A stretch of 64,000 nt of DNA. Origin: Antedon mediterranea. Lineage: Eukaryota > Animalia > Echinodermata. This document shows, in pieces, positions 62,051 through 64,000 of this stretch; positions within the stretch are counted from its first letter, which is position 1; each line of letters begins with the position of its first letter. Position numbers and translations under genes: made by a program. The notes under the pieces are model-generated. The model was not told the DNA's origin and made no database searches. It saw nothing but the letters and a program-made list of their open reading frames with translations. The DNA is taken from NCBI RefSeq assembly GCF_964355755.1, contig NC_092680.1, positions 11,594,001-11,658,000 on the forward strand. The letters are read 5' to 3'.

Positions 62051-64000
62051 CTGTACACTTTGATGTTTTGTTTGAAAAAGTTTTGTCGAAATTTTCAAAA
62101 TGGTCTAAAACGTTTTTAAATACGATATTAAGCTGTTTTGTGCACTTTGATGATTTGTGTGAAAAGTTTTAACGAAATGCTCAAAATGGTCTAAAACGGT
62201 TTCTAATGTGATTTTAAGCACTTTGATGTTTTTGTGTAACCAAGTTTTTTCGAAAATCACAAAATAGTCTAAAACGTCTCCAAATGCGATTTGAAGCTTT
62301 TCTAAGCACTTTGGTGTTTTTATGTTAACAAGTTTTTTCGAAAATCACAAAATGGTCTAAAACGTCTCCAAATGCGATTTGAGGATATTCTGAGCACTTT
62401 GGTGTTTTTTTGTTAAAAAGTTTTTTCGAAAATCACAAAATGGTCTAAAACGTCTCCAAATGCGATTTGAAGCTATTCTGTACACTTTGATGTTTTGTGT
62501 GAAAAAGTTTTGTCGAAATGCTCAAAATGGTCTAAAACGTTTTTAAATACGATATTAAGCTATTTTGTGATCTTTGATGTTTTTGTGTGAAAAGTTTTAT
62601 CGAAATGCTCAAAATGGTCTAAAACGTTTTTAAAACGATATTAAGCTATTTTGTGCTCTTTGATGTTTTTGTGTAACCAAGTTTCATCGAAAATCACAAA
62701 ATGGTCTAAAACGTCGCCAAATGCGATTTGAAGCTTTTCTAAGCACTTTGGTGTTTTTATGTTAACAAGTTTTTTCGAAAATCACGAAATGGTCTAAAAT
62801 ATCTCCAAATGCGATTTGAAGATATTCTGAGCACTTTGGTGTTTTTATGTTAAAAAGTTTTTTCGAAAATCACAAAATGGTCTAAAACGTCTCCAAACGC
62901 GATTTGAAGCTCTTCTGTACACTTTGATGTTTTGTGTGAAAAAGTTTTGTCGAAATTCTCAAAATGGTCTAAAACGTTTTTAAATACGATATTAAGCTGT
63001 TTTGTGCACTTTGATGATTTGTGTGAAAAGTTTTAACGAAATGCTCAAAATGGTCAAAAACGGTTTCTAATGTGATTTTAAGCACTTTGATGTTTTTGTG
63101 TAACCAAGTTTTTTCAAAAATCACAAAATGGTCTAAAACGTCTCCAAATGCGATTTGAAGCTTTTCTAAGCACTTTGGTGTTTTTATGTTAACAAGTTTT
63201 TTCGAAAATCACAAAATGGTCTAAAACGTCTCCAAATGCGATTTGAAGATATTCTGAGCACTTTGGTGTTTTTATGTTAAAAAGTTTTTTCGAAAATCAC
63301 AAAATAGTCTAAAACGTCTCCAAATGCGATTTGAAGCTATTCTGTACACTTTGATGTTTTGTGTGAAAAAGTTTTGTCGAAATGCTCAAAATGGTCTAAA
63401 ACGTTTTTAAAACGATATTATTAAGCTATTTTGTGCTCTTTGATGTTTTTGTGTAACCAAGTTTCATCGAAAATCACAAAATGGTCTAAAACGTCTCAAA
63501 ATGCGATTTGAAGCTTTTCTAAGCACTTTGGTGTTTTTATCTTAACAAGTTTTTTCGAAAATCACGAAATGGTCTAAAATGTCTCCAAATGCGATTTGAA
63601 GATATTCTGAGCACTTTGGTGTTTTTATGTTAACAAGTTTTTTCGAAAATCACAAAATGGTCTAAAACGTCTCCAAATGCGATTTGAAGCTCTTCTGTAC
63701 ACTTAGATGTTTTGTGTGAAAAAGTTTTGTCGAAATGCTCAAAATGGTCTAAAACGTTTTTAAATACGATATTAAGCTGTTTTGTGCACTTTGATGATTT
63801 GTGTGAAAAGTTTTAACGAAATGCTCAAAATGGTCTAAAACGGTTTCTAATGTGATTTTAAGCACTTTGATGTTTTTGTGTAACCAAGTTTTTTCGAAAA
63901 TCACAAAATAGTCTAAAACGTCTCCAAATGCGATTTGATGCTTTTCTAAGCACTTTGGTGTTTTTATGTTAACAAGTTTTTTCGAAAATCACAAAATGGT

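Larger units (their letters stand above)
1..64000. repeat. Tandem satellite DNA array with 78-88-bp monomers and higher-order organisation; runs off both ends of the window
   Basis: The anchor AT(G/A)GTCT recurs at 1, 79, 167, 255, 342, 429, 507, 595, 682, 769, 854, 941, 1028, 1115, 1201 and onward to the end, always in the same orientation. The sequence between anchors is mutually homologous. Roughly 740-750 monomers (64000 / about 86). Confidence 0.99.

Noticed and set aside
1-64000. CRISPR array with AAAATGGTCTAAAACG as the direct repeat
   Set aside because: The intervening sequences are homologous, fall into about a dozen types and recur dozens of times. There are no unique spacers, leader or cas genes.
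1-64000. Transposon, MITE, rDNA spacer, tRNA or telomeric sequence within the array
   Set aside because: I saw no non-monomer segment, terminal inverted repeat, LTR, RNA-gene motif, telomeric repeat or orientation switch. An origin of the monomer from such an element cannot be tested without a database search.
1-64000. Assignment to a named satellite family or organism
   Set aside because: I do not recognise the monomer. It does not resemble primate alpha-satellite, mouse major or minor satellite or Arabidopsis CEN178 as I recall them, and any name would be a guess.

Overview
The whole 64-kb window is one uninterrupted, head-to-tail, AT-rich (about 30% GC by hand count of representative monomers) eukaryote-type satellite DNA array. 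It is built from 78-88-bp monomers that all start with the anchor AAAATGGTCTAAAAC. I found no genes, RNA genes, transposon insertions, inversions or unique sequence, and the ten listed ORFs are chance translations of the repeat. About a dozen monomer types (S1, S2, B, B2, B3, C, D, E, E2, F, G, H) follow near-fixed succession rules. They form 3- to 6-mer modules, then 9-mer (777 bp) and 12-mer (1029 bp) higher-order repeats (HORs), then tandem duplications of 1199, 1280, 1553, 3269 and 4804 bp, then paralogous blocks offset by about 21-24 kb, 30.5-30.8 kb and 40 kb, and possibly a 63.8-kb macro-unit. The architecture resembles a centromeric or pericentromeric HOR satellite, but that role and the organism cannot be established from sequence alone, and I do not recognise the family. 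All alignments were done by eye with marker variants, so block boundaries are approximate unless stated otherwise.
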